Below are positions 55,644 through 64,000 of a stretch of DNA of 64,000 bases, piece by piece. This DNA comes from an uncultured virus (IMG/VR IMGVR_UViG_3300033141_004351). Its lineage: Duplodnaviria; Heunggongvirae; Uroviricota; Caudoviricetes. Position numbers and translations under genes: made by a program. The first letter of the stretch is position 1, and every line of letters starts with the position of its first letter. The stretch lies in IMG/VR virus record IMGVR_UViG_3300033141_004351, one strand, 5' to 3'. A model generated the notes under the pieces. That model did not search any database and was not told where the DNA came from. It saw nothing but the letters and a program-made list of their open reading frames with translations.

Positions 55644-56507
55644 GGCGTTAACAAATGGTACGGGCTTGCCTATTCTGAGTATCCGACAGAATTTACGGAG
55701 ATCTTTGACGAGGAGCAATCCCAACTGGCCTTTGAGGAAGACGTAGGAATTTCGTCTTTTGGTCTGGCCCAAGAGAAACCTGAAGGACGAGGGACAGCTT
55801 ACGACGACGCTCGTCAGGGTTTCATTGATAGATATGTTCATGGGACCTACAGTTTAGGTTTCATCATCACACGAGAGATGTGGGAAGATGGGATCGCGGG
55901 GACTGTGGCATTGAAAAGAGCCAGGGCTTTGGCGTTTTCAATCCGCCAAACCAAGGAAATACTGGGTGCGAATATCCTCAATCGCGCCTTTAACTCGGAT
56001 TATGTTTTCGGTGATGGTGTAGAGATGATTTCTACCCTGCATCCCAATGTAGCGGGAGGCGTGTGGTCGAATGAATTGGAAACACCGGCTGATTTATCTG
56101 AAGCTGCACTTGAGCAAGCGTGCATTGATATTGCCAATTTCACTAATGATCGAGGTCTTCGGATTGCTGTACGGCCAATGAAGTTGGTCGTGGCTGTGGA
56201 TAATACTTTTGAGTCCACCAGAATCCTGAGATCTGAACTGCGTGTGACATCGGCAGACAATGACATCAACGCAATTCGTGCGTTGGGTATGATCCCAGAA
56301 GTGGTTATTAATCATTATCTTACCGACCAGGATAGTTGGTATATCAAAACAGATTGCCCAGACGGTTTGAAGTATTTTAACCGTCGAAGCGACGAGTTTG
56401 ATACCGATAATGATTTTGATACCGAGAACGCCCGTTTCAAATCTACATTCAGGGCTTCCTGGGGCGCTTCCGACAAGCGTGGTATATACGGATCTGCTGG
56501 CGCTTAA
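55644..56507 (+). CDS. Major capsid protein, exon 2 (spliced product 302 aa)
   Basis: FGLAQEKPEG, YSLGFIITREM, GDGVEMISTLHP, LSEAALEQA, NHYLTD, DKRGIYGSAGA; the ATG at 55641 is the intron end, not a start. Confidence 0.88.
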   Translation, partial: GVNKWYGLAYSEYPTEFTEIFDEEQSQLAFEEDVGISSFGLAQEKPEGRGTAYDDARQGFIDRYVHGTYSLGFIITREMWEDGIAGTVALKRARALAFSIRQTKEILGANILNRAFNSDYVFGDGVEMISTLHPNVAGGVWSNELETPADLSEAALEQACIDIANFTNDRGLRIAVRPMKLVVAVDNTFESTRILRSELRVTSADNDINAIRALGMIPEVVINHYLTDQDSWYIKTDCPDGLKYFNRRSDEFDTDNDFDTENARFKSTFRASWGASDKRGIYGSAGA

Positions 56508-56527
56508 AAACCGCCTGTGGCTAAAAT

Positions 56528-56602
56528 AGGGGTTGTGGCCTGTGCTGCAACCTCTTGCCCAGGACAGGTTTAGGTTCTTGCGCTCCTTGCCCATCCTGGG
56601 CA
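56528..56602 (+). other. Tandem RNA hairpins after the capsid gene
   Basis: aggggttgtggc/gctgcaacctct (12 bp) then tgcccagga/tcctgggca (9 bp); no U-tract. Confidence 0.6.
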
Positions 56603-56638
56603 CTTACACTATAACTGTTTTTAAAACGGAGAATACTC

Positions 56639-57244
56639 ATGCGTCCGAAACAAATAAATTTCGATACGCTTGCCAATGATACTGATTACCTGGCATCCTC
56701 ACAGCAATTAGCAGCTGCCGGTTATCTTGCACTGCTTCCTGCGGCAGCCGGAAAATTTATACCGCAAAAGGTCACGCTTACATCCGCTGGCAATATCGCA
56801 ACGGTTGTATTTACTATTGTTGGTCTGGGTCAAAACGGTGAACCTCAAACAGAGGACATCACTGGTATAAATGGTAATACTGTAGCGTCCACGCTTTATT
56901 ACACTGCGATTACTTCTATCTATGGAGACGCTGGTACAGGTGCAAGTAGTGTTGAGGCTGGTATCAATGGTATAGCGAGTTTTATATATCCTGTAGACCC
57001 ATATTGCCACGGCAATCGGATAATGGTCAGCGGTACTTTTGTTGCCACCTACACAGTGTTTTGGTCAAACCAAAAGATCCTGGCTGGAGAAACACCCGTT
57101 TGGGTGGCTGAAGCCGATCAAACCGACAAGACTGGTGTAACCGGATTGCATTACGATGGTGGTATCACAGCGTTTAAATATGAGATAACCGCTTATACCA
57201 GTGGTGCGCCGGTATTTTCGCATAGTGACCAAAAGTCTGTATAA
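56639..57244 (+). CDS. Putative virion structural protein
   Basis: 201 aa; KVTLTSAGN...FTIVG...TEDITG beta-rich pattern. Confidence 0.7.
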   Translation: MRPKQINFDTLANDTDYLASSQQLAAAGYLALLPAAAGKFIPQKVTLTSAGNIATVVFTIVGLGQNGEPQTEDITGINGNTVASTLYYTAITSIYGDAGTGASSVEAGINGIASFIYPVDPYCHGNRIMVSGTFVATYTVFWSNQKILAGETPVWVAEADQTDKTGVTGLHYDGGITAFKYEITAYTSGAPVFSHSDQKSV

Positions 57245-57260
57245 CCTATGGGGGTAAGCC

Positions 57261-58085
57261 GTGACAAGACACACCGACAGGGAGTATTATCCTGGCGACC
57301 ACCTGGTTATCTGCGACCGTTGCGGATTCAAACATTACCGGTCTCAATGCCGTAAGGAATGGCAGGGCTGGTTAGTTTGTAACAGCTGCTGGGAACCACG
57401 TCATCCACAGGATATAACGCCACCATATCGTCTGGATCGTCAGTGGGTAGATGATGGTCGTCCAAGGCCGATAGACGATTTTGATACGCTGTCTAATGAA
57501 GTCTGGACTGTTCAGGACTGGACTACCTATATTGAAACCGATCCCAATAGCCGCCTGACGGTGGCTGCCAACCAGGTAGACCTTGCCTTAAATCAAAATG
57601 CTGATGCCAGGATTTTCAAAAATTTTGGAAAAGACTTTTTTACCGACCGTTTTGGTTTCCGGATTACACTAAATGCCACCCATGCCGGAGGGGCTCTTTC
57701 GGGCCTAATGGACCTTTTACGTCTAACTGACGAAGTGGCAAATCCATCCGCACCGACTATTTATCTTCAGGCCAGCATCAATGATACCCCTGATATTGAC
57801 TTAGGTCTTTATGCTGGGGGGACAATCCAGAGTCAGATTACCGGTCTCTTTACCGGTGTCGATCTTTTCATTGAGCTAACCTTTGACAACGGTCAATTTA
57901 CACTAACCCTTTATACAGATGGCACCTACACAACAATCCTGCAACAGTCTACGGCTGATTGGTCGTGGGGCTATCGTTATTATGATTATTTGTTTTCACC
58001 TGGATTTTTCAGTTTAGGTGTGGACGAGCTTCAGGCCAATGCGACCGTAACCAACATGCAGGTCAGAAGCATTACCTTGGTTTAA
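57261..58085 (+). CDS. Structural-module protein with N-terminal zinc motif
   Basis: ICDRCGFK...EWQGWLVCNSCWEPRHPQD followed by a beta-sandwich-like region. Confidence 0.7.
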   Translation: MTRHTDREYYPGDHLVICDRCGFKHYRSQCRKEWQGWLVCNSCWEPRHPQDITPPYRLDRQWVDDGRPRPIDDFDTLSNEVWTVQDWTTYIETDPNSRLTVAANQVDLALNQNADARIFKNFGKDFFTDRFGFRITLNATHAGGALSGLMDLLRLTDEVANPSAPTIYLQASINDTPDIDLGLYAGGTIQSQITGLFTGVDLFIELTFDNGQFTLTLYTDGTYTTILQQSTADWSWGYRYYDYLFSPGFFSLGVDELQANATVTNMQVRSITLV

Positions 58086-58095
58086 AGGAGAAGTT

Positions 58096-58800
58096 ATGGC
58101 ACTTACAATCGATCCGCTGGAGTTCATGCCGAATATCGCTCCGGCTTTTAACCTTGCACCGACTGCGATCATCAGATCATGGATTATAGAAGCGTGCCGT
58201 AAATTCTGTTGGGAAAGCTTACTGTGGCGCGAACAGGTCGATCCTGTTTCTGTGGTGGCTGCTCAGGCTTTTTACGATCTGACCGACGATGCTATTGTTT
58301 TGGAAGGTACCAGCACCCAGGTTAATTCCATCGCTGACATTGTTTCGTTGGAACACATAGAGCTGGCTCAAATTGATCTTGAGACTTCCTCAGAGCGATA
58401 TCTCGACGAGAACGAGCGCGGATGGAGGCAGAGAGTAGAGTCGAGGCCCAGGCGCTTCATAATGGACGCAAAGAGGCAATTGCGACTGGTTTATATACCT
58501 ACTCAGGCTATTGCTGATGGCCTGGATATGTGGTTGACATTAATGCCGGCAAGATCAGCTACCTTAATTGAACAGTTTATTTATGATGATTACCGGCTGG
58601 CCATCGAGAATTGCGCTATGGCCTTTATGCTTGAAATGCCGGGGGTGCCCTGGAGTGATCCGAAAGGGGCTCTGTTTTACTGGACTAAATGGGAGATGTA
58701 TATGGAAGATGCCACGGATAAGAAGACATCCGGCTATACTGATCATCAGGCATCATATTATTTCCAACCGGACCATCGAAGCGCATCCGGTGGTGTGTAG
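58096..58800 (+). CDS. Putative head-tail adaptor/tail tubular protein
   Basis: EACRKFC...LWRE, LVYIP, LEMPGVPWSDP; AAGGAG RBS. Confidence 0.65.
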   Translation: MALTIDPLEFMPNIAPAFNLAPTAIIRSWIIEACRKFCWESLLWREQVDPVSVVAAQAFYDLTDDAIVLEGTSTQVNSIADIVSLEHIELAQIDLETSSERYLDENERGWRQRVESRPRRFIMDAKRQLRLVYIPTQAIADGLDMWLTLMPARSATLIEQFIYDDYRLAIENCAMAFMLEMPGVPWSDPKGALFYWTKWEMYMEDATDKKTSGYTDHQASYYFQPDHRSASGGV

Positions 58801-58811
58801 GATAATCTTTA

Positions 58812-61718
58812 ATGGCAGATTGTAAAATACCGGAAATACCGTTTCCTTCAGGCGTTGAGCAGAACCTGCAACGCATATTGTCTCCGATCAAAGAGACCTT
58901 GGATATTTGGGCTGGTCGGATCGGGGATCCGTTGTGCCGGGCAATTACTGTTGAAGATCTGCTGGACGAAGCCGTTACTGTAAACATTATTGGTTCGGGA
59001 GGGAGTGGTGGTACTGATTCTAATGCCATCCACGACAATGTGGCTGGTGAGATCTCAGCGATTGCGCTAAAATCTACTCCGGTATCTGCGGATCTACTTC
59101 TTATAGAAGACTCCGCAGTTTCTTTTGCCAAAAAGCACATTACTGTCGGATCAATTAGTGCTGGCGGTGGAACCACCTTTATGGTTTCCGCAAACGACAC
59201 TACGCCTGGATACCTGGAAGATAAACTTATTGTTTCTCATGGTGCAAACAGCGCAAATCCGCTTGAACTGTCTACCTTAAATGATGGTGCTGATGAAGAT
59301 CGGCAGCTTCAATTTGATGAAGCCAAGGTTGACCATGATCAACTTCTCAACTTTTTAGCCGCAGAACATATTGATTGGGCCGTAACTGGTGGTGAAGATA
59401 TCCATGTTGATCGAATTACAGCAGCTGCCGTCACCCAGCACGTTGGTTCAATCAACCATGATAGCCTACTTAATACTCACAATCTTACCACCGATATTGA
59501 TCACGATCAGCTTGATAATTTTGAGTCGGGTGAACACACCGATGCCATGGTAAAGATTTCTTCCAATGATTCTACGCCCGGCTATCTTGAAGACAAGGTG
59601 GTGGTTTCTGATGGTGCGAATACAACCTATATCCTTGAGCTATCTACCTTAAATGATGGTGGAAATGAGGACATTCAGATCCAGATCGATGAAGCTAAAA
59701 TCAACCATGCTAATTTATTAAATCTTACCACCGGGGATCCCCACACTCAATATCAGTTAGAATCCGAAAAAAGCGCTGCAAGCGGCTATGCTTCTTTAGA
59801 CGCTTCAGTTTTGGTGCCGACTGCTGAGCTGGGTACCGGATCAGCCAGTTCGGCTAACTTTTTAAGAGGGGACCAGACCTGGGCAGCAGCAGCTGGCGGG
59901 GATGTGTCTAAGGATGGGACACCGGTAGATGATCAGGTGGGAGTCTGGACTGGTGATGGTACCATTGAAGGTACGGTTGGGCTTACATATGATGGGACCG
60001 CATTAGACATAACTGGCAACATTACCTTGTCGGGTACGGTTGACGGAATAGACATAGCCACAGATGTTGCAGCTAATACGCTAAAAGACACCAATGCAGA
60101 CCATACCGGAGAGGTAACGGGAAGCGGGGCTCTTGCGCTTGACAACACTTCAATCAGTAACAGAGATATAGTAACTGCACTTGGCTCAGACTATGTGCTG
60201 ATAGGAGATTCAAGCGATTCCGACAATCTGAAGCGTGCTTTAATATCTGATTTTGCGAGTGCCGGTGGAGATATGGCTGCCGCTACATATGATCCAGATA
60301 CAATCGCAGCTGACTGTTTTGATATGGATAATATGGTTGAAGGGACAACCACAAAAATTCTAACAGATACAGAACGTACCGATATAGCAACAAACACTTC
60401 TGCAAGGCATACCCAGGGCACAGATACAACTCTTGGCACTATGACGGCTGATATTGATATGAATAGTTTATATCAGATTGTAAATTTACAAGCCCCTGCC
60501 ACCATCGGTGAAGCCATTAGACAAACAGCCAATATTACCGAAGCAAACTTAGAAACCTTAACCGACAATTCAATTGCCAACACACTTCACAGACATTCTG
60601 AACTTGTTGCAAGTGACGGTGCCCCTGATCCTGCTTTCAGTATTGACGCTACAGGTTTAGCTTCGTTTCCTGCCGGAACAGGAATAAACGAATTTTCAAC
60701 AGACGGAACATTAGCTGGTGATTCAGATGATGCGGTTCCAACTGAAAAGGCAGTTAAAACCTATGTAGATGGAGCTGCTGGTGGAGACTTGCCCAATATT
60801 CTTATCAATCAAAACTTTTCTATCTGGCAAGAGAATACAACTTTTACTAATCCTGCAAATGGTGTCTATACGGCTGATGGATATTATGTTAATAGTACTG
60901 CTGGTGGGGGAACTATCCCAACTATAAATGTAAAGAAAAATACCTCTGCTATGGAAACAGGGTTTGCTCAATGTTGTGAATGGGAAATTACAAATGTTGG
61001 TTCAGCGGGGACAACACGATCTTGGTCATACAGACAAAAAATTGAAGATTTTGAAAAATATCGGGGGAAGACTGTAACTTTTTCAATTAGGATTAAAGCG
61101 TCAACTGCGATAGCCTTAACTGTCGCCAGAATATTAATGTGGGATGGGGTGAGCGCAAGTAGCACCACTATATCATCTGTAACAACTTCCTGGGTAACAT
61201 ATTCAACAACCTTAACCGTAGATAATAATGCAACTGGATTAGAATTGCGAGGTTTTGATGTTATTGCTTTAACAGGTACAATCTCCACAACGGGGTCAAT
61301 ATACGTCCAGTGGATGAAACTCGAACTTGGTTCAGTTGCTACAGCTTTAATTCCAAGAAATACAGGTGAGGATTTAAGGCTTTGTCAGAGATATTACCAG
61401 AAAAGTTATTTACAAGCGACTGCCGTTGGGGCAGCAACAACTGTTGGCTCCACACATACTTATTTAACGGGTGTGGCAAGTTCAAATTATTCAATGTATT
61501 TTAATGTTCGGCTGTTTTCTGTTATGAAGGCTGCTCCAACTGTAACCATTTGGGATGTTGCTGGTAACTCCGGCAAGGTTACGATGTCGGCAGGAGACGA
61601 TATCATTGGTTCTGCTACAGGAATATCAGACTCTTGTTTTCTTGTGACAGCTACAAATGGAGCTGTTGCGACAGACAGGAAATTGACGTTTCAGTGGGTG
61701 GCAGTTTCAAGGATATAG
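58812..61718 (+). CDS. Tail fibre protein
   Basis: 968 aa; internal duplication, FLRGDQTW, INEFSTDGTLAGDSDDAVPTEKAVKTYVD, KLELGSVAT...DLRLCQRYYQ. Confidence 0.8.
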   Translation: MADCKIPEIPFPSGVEQNLQRILSPIKETLDIWAGRIGDPLCRAITVEDLLDEAVTVNIIGSGGSGGTDSNAIHDNVAGEISAIALKSTPVSADLLLIEDSAVSFAKKHITVGSISAGGGTTFMVSANDTTPGYLEDKLIVSHGANSANPLELSTLNDGADEDRQLQFDEAKVDHDQLLNFLAAEHIDWAVTGGEDIHVDRITAAAVTQHVGSINHDSLLNTHNLTTDIDHDQLDNFESGEHTDAMVKISSNDSTPGYLEDKVVVSDGANTTYILELSTLNDGGNEDIQIQIDEAKINHANLLNLTTGDPHTQYQLESEKSAASGYASLDASVLVPTAELGTGSASSANFLRGDQTWAAAAGGDVSKDGTPVDDQVGVWTGDGTIEGTVGLTYDGTALDITGNITLSGTVDGIDIATDVAANTLKDTNADHTGEVTGSGALALDNTSISNRDIVTALGSDYVLIGDSSDSDNLKRALISDFASAGGDMAAATYDPDTIAADCFDMDNMVEGTTTKILTDTERTDIATNTSARHTQGTDTTLGTMTADIDMNSLYQIVNLQAPATIGEAIRQTANITEANLETLTDNSIANTLHRHSELVASDGAPDPAFSIDATGLASFPAGTGINEFSTDGTLAGDSDDAVPTEKAVKTYVDGAAGGDLPNILINQNFSIWQENTTFTNPANGVYTADGYYVNSTAGGGTIPTINVKKNTSAMETGFAQCCEWEITNVGSAGTTRSWSYRQKIEDFEKYRGKTVTFSIRIKASTAIALTVARILMWDGVSASSTTISSVTTSWVTYSTTLTVDNNATGLELRGFDVIALTGTISTTGSIYVQWMKLELGSVATALIPRNTGEDLRLCQRYYQKSYLQATAVGAATTVGSTHTYLTGVASSNYSMYFNVRLFSVMKAAPTVTIWDVAGNSGKVTMSAGDDIIGSATGISDSCFLVTATNGAVATDRKLTFQWVAVSRI

Positions 61719-61726
61719 GAGAAATT

Positions 61727-61912
61727 GTGGTAAAATATAAATTAACAGAAGGCGGAGTACAAAACACAGAAACAACAGCTTTTATTCCTAACGATGAAAG
61801 GAATAATGATTGGCGGGAATATCAAAATTGGCTTAAGGGGCTGGATGTAGATGGCAAAGATTTAGGAACGGGAAAAAATACACCGGAAAAACTTGAAGTT
61901 ATAGAACAATAA
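61727..61912 (+). CDS. Tail-fibre-associated small protein (assembly chaperone-like)
   Basis: AGGAG RBS plus GTG; FIPNDERNNDWREYQNWL...NTPE. Confidence 0.7.
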   Translation: MVKYKLTEGGVQNTETTAFIPNDERNNDWREYQNWLKGLDVDGKDLGTGKNTPEKLEVIEQ

Positions 61913-61928
61913 TCAGGGAGTTAAAAAT

Positions 61929-62594
61929 ATGTCTACCTACACAGTCGGATCGGTAATCGATGTTTGCAGAAAGCGTATCCTGGATGAATCCAGTATCGAT
62001 TTTGATGATCCGGAGATGCTGAATTTGTTTAATTTGACCGGTCGCAAGATGGTAATGCTAAATCCAAAGGTGCATACCAGGATCCGGACATTAAAAATGC
62101 AACCCGGAAACAAACAGATTCTGTCAGCTACGCCACCTGTTGGCTTAGAGCTTATTGACGTAATTCGCAATATGGGCACTGATGGATTAACGCCAGGGCG
62201 CGCCATTCGTCAGACAGACAGGAGTTTTATCACACGCTATGTGCCTGCATTTTCCACGGATCCGGTTAATGCTGATGCCAGTATCTGGGACTGGTGGCCC
62301 CTTCCTGAATATCCGGAACAGTTTTATGTGCATCCAAAGTCTGATGGTACCGGTTATATAGAACTTGAGCAGGCCGAGACTCCACCCGATATTGTCTATG
62401 ATGCACCCGGGGCCTGGAGATCACTGGCAATTCCTACCAGTGACTATTATTTAGATGGATATATTAACGGGATCTTGTTTCAAGCCTATGATGATGATAC
62501 AGATATTCCCGGGAATACGCCCAGGTCTCAGTTATATTACCAACGGTTCATAATGGCTCTGGGCTTGCAGCAAGAAGGAGGTCAACCACAATGA
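61929..62594 (+). CDS. Putative phage adaptor/tail protein
   Basis: RILDE...EMLNLFN...GNKQ...LIDVIRN...FYVHP. Confidence 0.65.
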   Translation: MSTYTVGSVIDVCRKRILDESSIDFDDPEMLNLFNLTGRKMVMLNPKVHTRIRTLKMQPGNKQILSATPPVGLELIDVIRNMGTDGLTPGRAIRQTDRSFITRYVPAFSTDPVNADASIWDWWPLPEYPEQFYVHPKSDGTGYIELEQAETPPDIVYDAPGAWRSLAIPTSDYYLDGYINGILFQAYDDDTDIPGNTPRSQLYYQRFIMALGLQQEGGQPQ

Positions 62595-63028
62595 CAGAAT
62601 ATTTATTTGCAAATAATGCTGCTGGTGCATTAAATACAGCTATCGGTACCGGTGACACGTTGCTTGTGCTTGAATCTGGAGACGGGGCACTGTTTCCATC
62701 TCCTGGGGCTGGCGAAGCTTTCCGGCTTATTGTTTTCGAAAGCGCTTCTGTTTTTGAGTGGATGACCTGCACTGGGGTGTCCGGCGACTCTTTAACGGTT
62801 ACGCGAAGTGCGAGCCCGCTTTCTTTTAATATTGGGGCATCCGTGGAACATCGGATAGACGATGAAGCCTTGGAGAATTTTTTACAAAAAGGCACTGATC
62901 GCATAGTAACATCAGATCCGGATGGATCTTTGGCGGCATCGTACTTTGGGGAAGAAGTTTATCAGAGCGTTACTGGTGTATGGTTTAAGCACACGACTGG
63001 TACCGAATGGAAGGAGATGAATATCTAA
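62591..63028 (+). CDS. Tail-associated protein
   Basis: FANNAAGAL...GDGALFPSP...EWMTCT..SGDSLTVTR. Confidence 0.7.
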   Translation: MTEYLFANNAAGALNTAIGTGDTLLVLESGDGALFPSPGAGEAFRLIVFESASVFEWMTCTGVSGDSLTVTRSASPLSFNIGASVEHRIDDEALENFLQKGTDRIVTSDPDGSLAASYFGEEVYQSVTGVWFKHTTGTEWKEMNI

Positions 63029-64000
63029 TGGCTCTGGTCTTCAATATGGGATCTCAGGCAAGGCTGGCGGCTAACATTGCCGCTGTTGACACCAGGATAC
63101 TTTTAACCAGCTACGATACATTTTTGAATAAAGGTGGTGTCGGTGATAGTTTTTATGCCCAGATGATTAATGTTGAAGGGGACCGGGAAATCGTACTGGT
63201 AGATGTTGAAAATTCTGATGCGGTTCAGGGCTTATCCGTCACGCGTGGGGTGGAATCGACTGTTGCCAGGGCCTGGGGTGGAGGAACGATTATATGGCAG
63301 GTTTTATCCGAAACCTCCTGGGATGCGGTTGGGCAGAAATCAATTTCCAGGCAAGTGGCTTATATCCCTGATGGTGCGTTGGTTTCTGACTATATCGGTG
63401 AGAAGGTTTATCAGTCGGATACACAAATGTGGTGGAAGGCTATTGCTGCTGCTTCTACCGAATGGCGCTTGATTGCAGGTGAGATTTTTGTTGCTGATGT
63501 AGACTTCGATCCGTCATCGGGAACGTATCCACCGGGCTACACATTAACAATGTCTTGCATTACGTCTGGTGTGTCTATCTATTATACCGATGATGGCACA
63601 GATCCTGACGAAACCGATACGCTTTATACTGCTCCTATCACGTTGCCGGAGCCAGGACCTACAACTTATAAAGCCAGGGCTTTTGGGGCAGAGCGTTGGC
63701 AAAGCCCAAGTGTAAACATTACCAGCGGTGTCTATGAGATCGAACCTTTTGTTGGAGTATTTGCAGAATATTTTGAACGCCCCGGACCACTTTATGATGG
63801 TTATGATAATGTTGGCTGGAGTGAAGCTACAACCGCCAATGGAATAGTTGATGCAGATGCTTTAAGTTCAATAGTTGGTAGTCCGCCTGGTTGGGGAACA
63901 GAATGTCTAAAGATTTTTACTCCCAGCCTTGAAGGGGGATCTAACGGTACGATTTCTCCACTCTTTACGTCTCAGGCTGCCCTGTATATAAGGTTTGAGA
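63028..64000 (+). CDS. Tail-associated protein with chitobiase/Fn3-associated domain, 3'-truncated
   Basis: Open from ATG 63028 to the window end; N-terminus paralogous to the previous gene (PDGALVSDYIGEKVYQS vs PDGSLAASYFGEEVYQS); IYYTDDGTDP...YTAPITL...KARAF. Confidence 0.75.
   Translation, partial: MALVFNMGSQARLAANIAAVDTRILLTSYDTFLNKGGVGDSFYAQMINVEGDREIVLVDVENSDAVQGLSVTRGVESTVARAWGGGTIIWQVLSETSWDAVGQKSISRQVAYIPDGALVSDYIGEKVYQSDTQMWWKAIAAASTEWRLIAGEIFVADVDFDPSSGTYPPGYTLTMSCITSGVSIYYTDDGTDPDETDTLYTAPITLPEPGPTTYKARAFGAERWQSPSVNITSGVYEIEPFVGVFAEYFERPGPLYDGYDNVGWSEATTANGIVDADALSSIVGSPPGWGTECLKIFTPSLEGGSNGTISPLFTSQAALYIRFE

Larger units (their letters stand above)
1..64000. mobile_element. Tailed bacteriophage genome segment (podovirus-like), probably most of a circularly permuted genome
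   Basis: TerL, portal, scaffold, major capsid, tail, ejection-type proteins, lysis and DnaB-type replication modules; no host housekeeping genes; tail genes at both ends; no tape measure or sheath recognised. Confidence 0.95.

Noticed and set aside
55641..56507. 288-aa ORF as a complete capsid gene starting at ATG 55641
   Set aside because: No RBS; the ATG is the 3' end of the intron and the conserved N-terminus is encoded at 54754-54798

Overview
The whole window is bacteriophage DNA, most likely most of a circularly permuted podovirus-like Caudoviricetes genome, since it begins and ends in tail genes. Layout: 1-23.3 kb holds tail and DNA-ejection genes, including two giant polyvalent proteins (1338 aa with an intact-looking GGDEF diguanylate-cyclase domain; 2802 aa with a GHKL ATPase, two HExxH zincin sites, SAP-like repeats and an ADP-ribosyltransferase-like domain) separated by a 6.9 kb cassette of putative structural genes. 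23.3-24.5 kb is lysis (NlpC/P60, holin). 24.5-33.2 kb is a leftward early operon with a PD-(D/E)XK nuclease, an SSB-like protein, a methyltransferase-like protein, duplicated small membrane-peptide genes and several structured intergenic elements. 33.4-40.6 kb is a rightward replication operon (initiator, DnaB, RuvC-like, MazG-like, Acb2/Tad1-like). 40.9-43.8 kb is a second leftward block. 44.1-64 kb is packaging, head and tail (terS-like, a dif-like XerCD site, TerL, portal, GroES, scaffold, and a major capsid gene split by a group I intron carrying a GIY-YIG endonuclease). No integrase, tRNA, rRNA, CRISPR array or reverse transcriptase was recognised. All family calls come from motif recognition by eye; no searches or folding programs were run.
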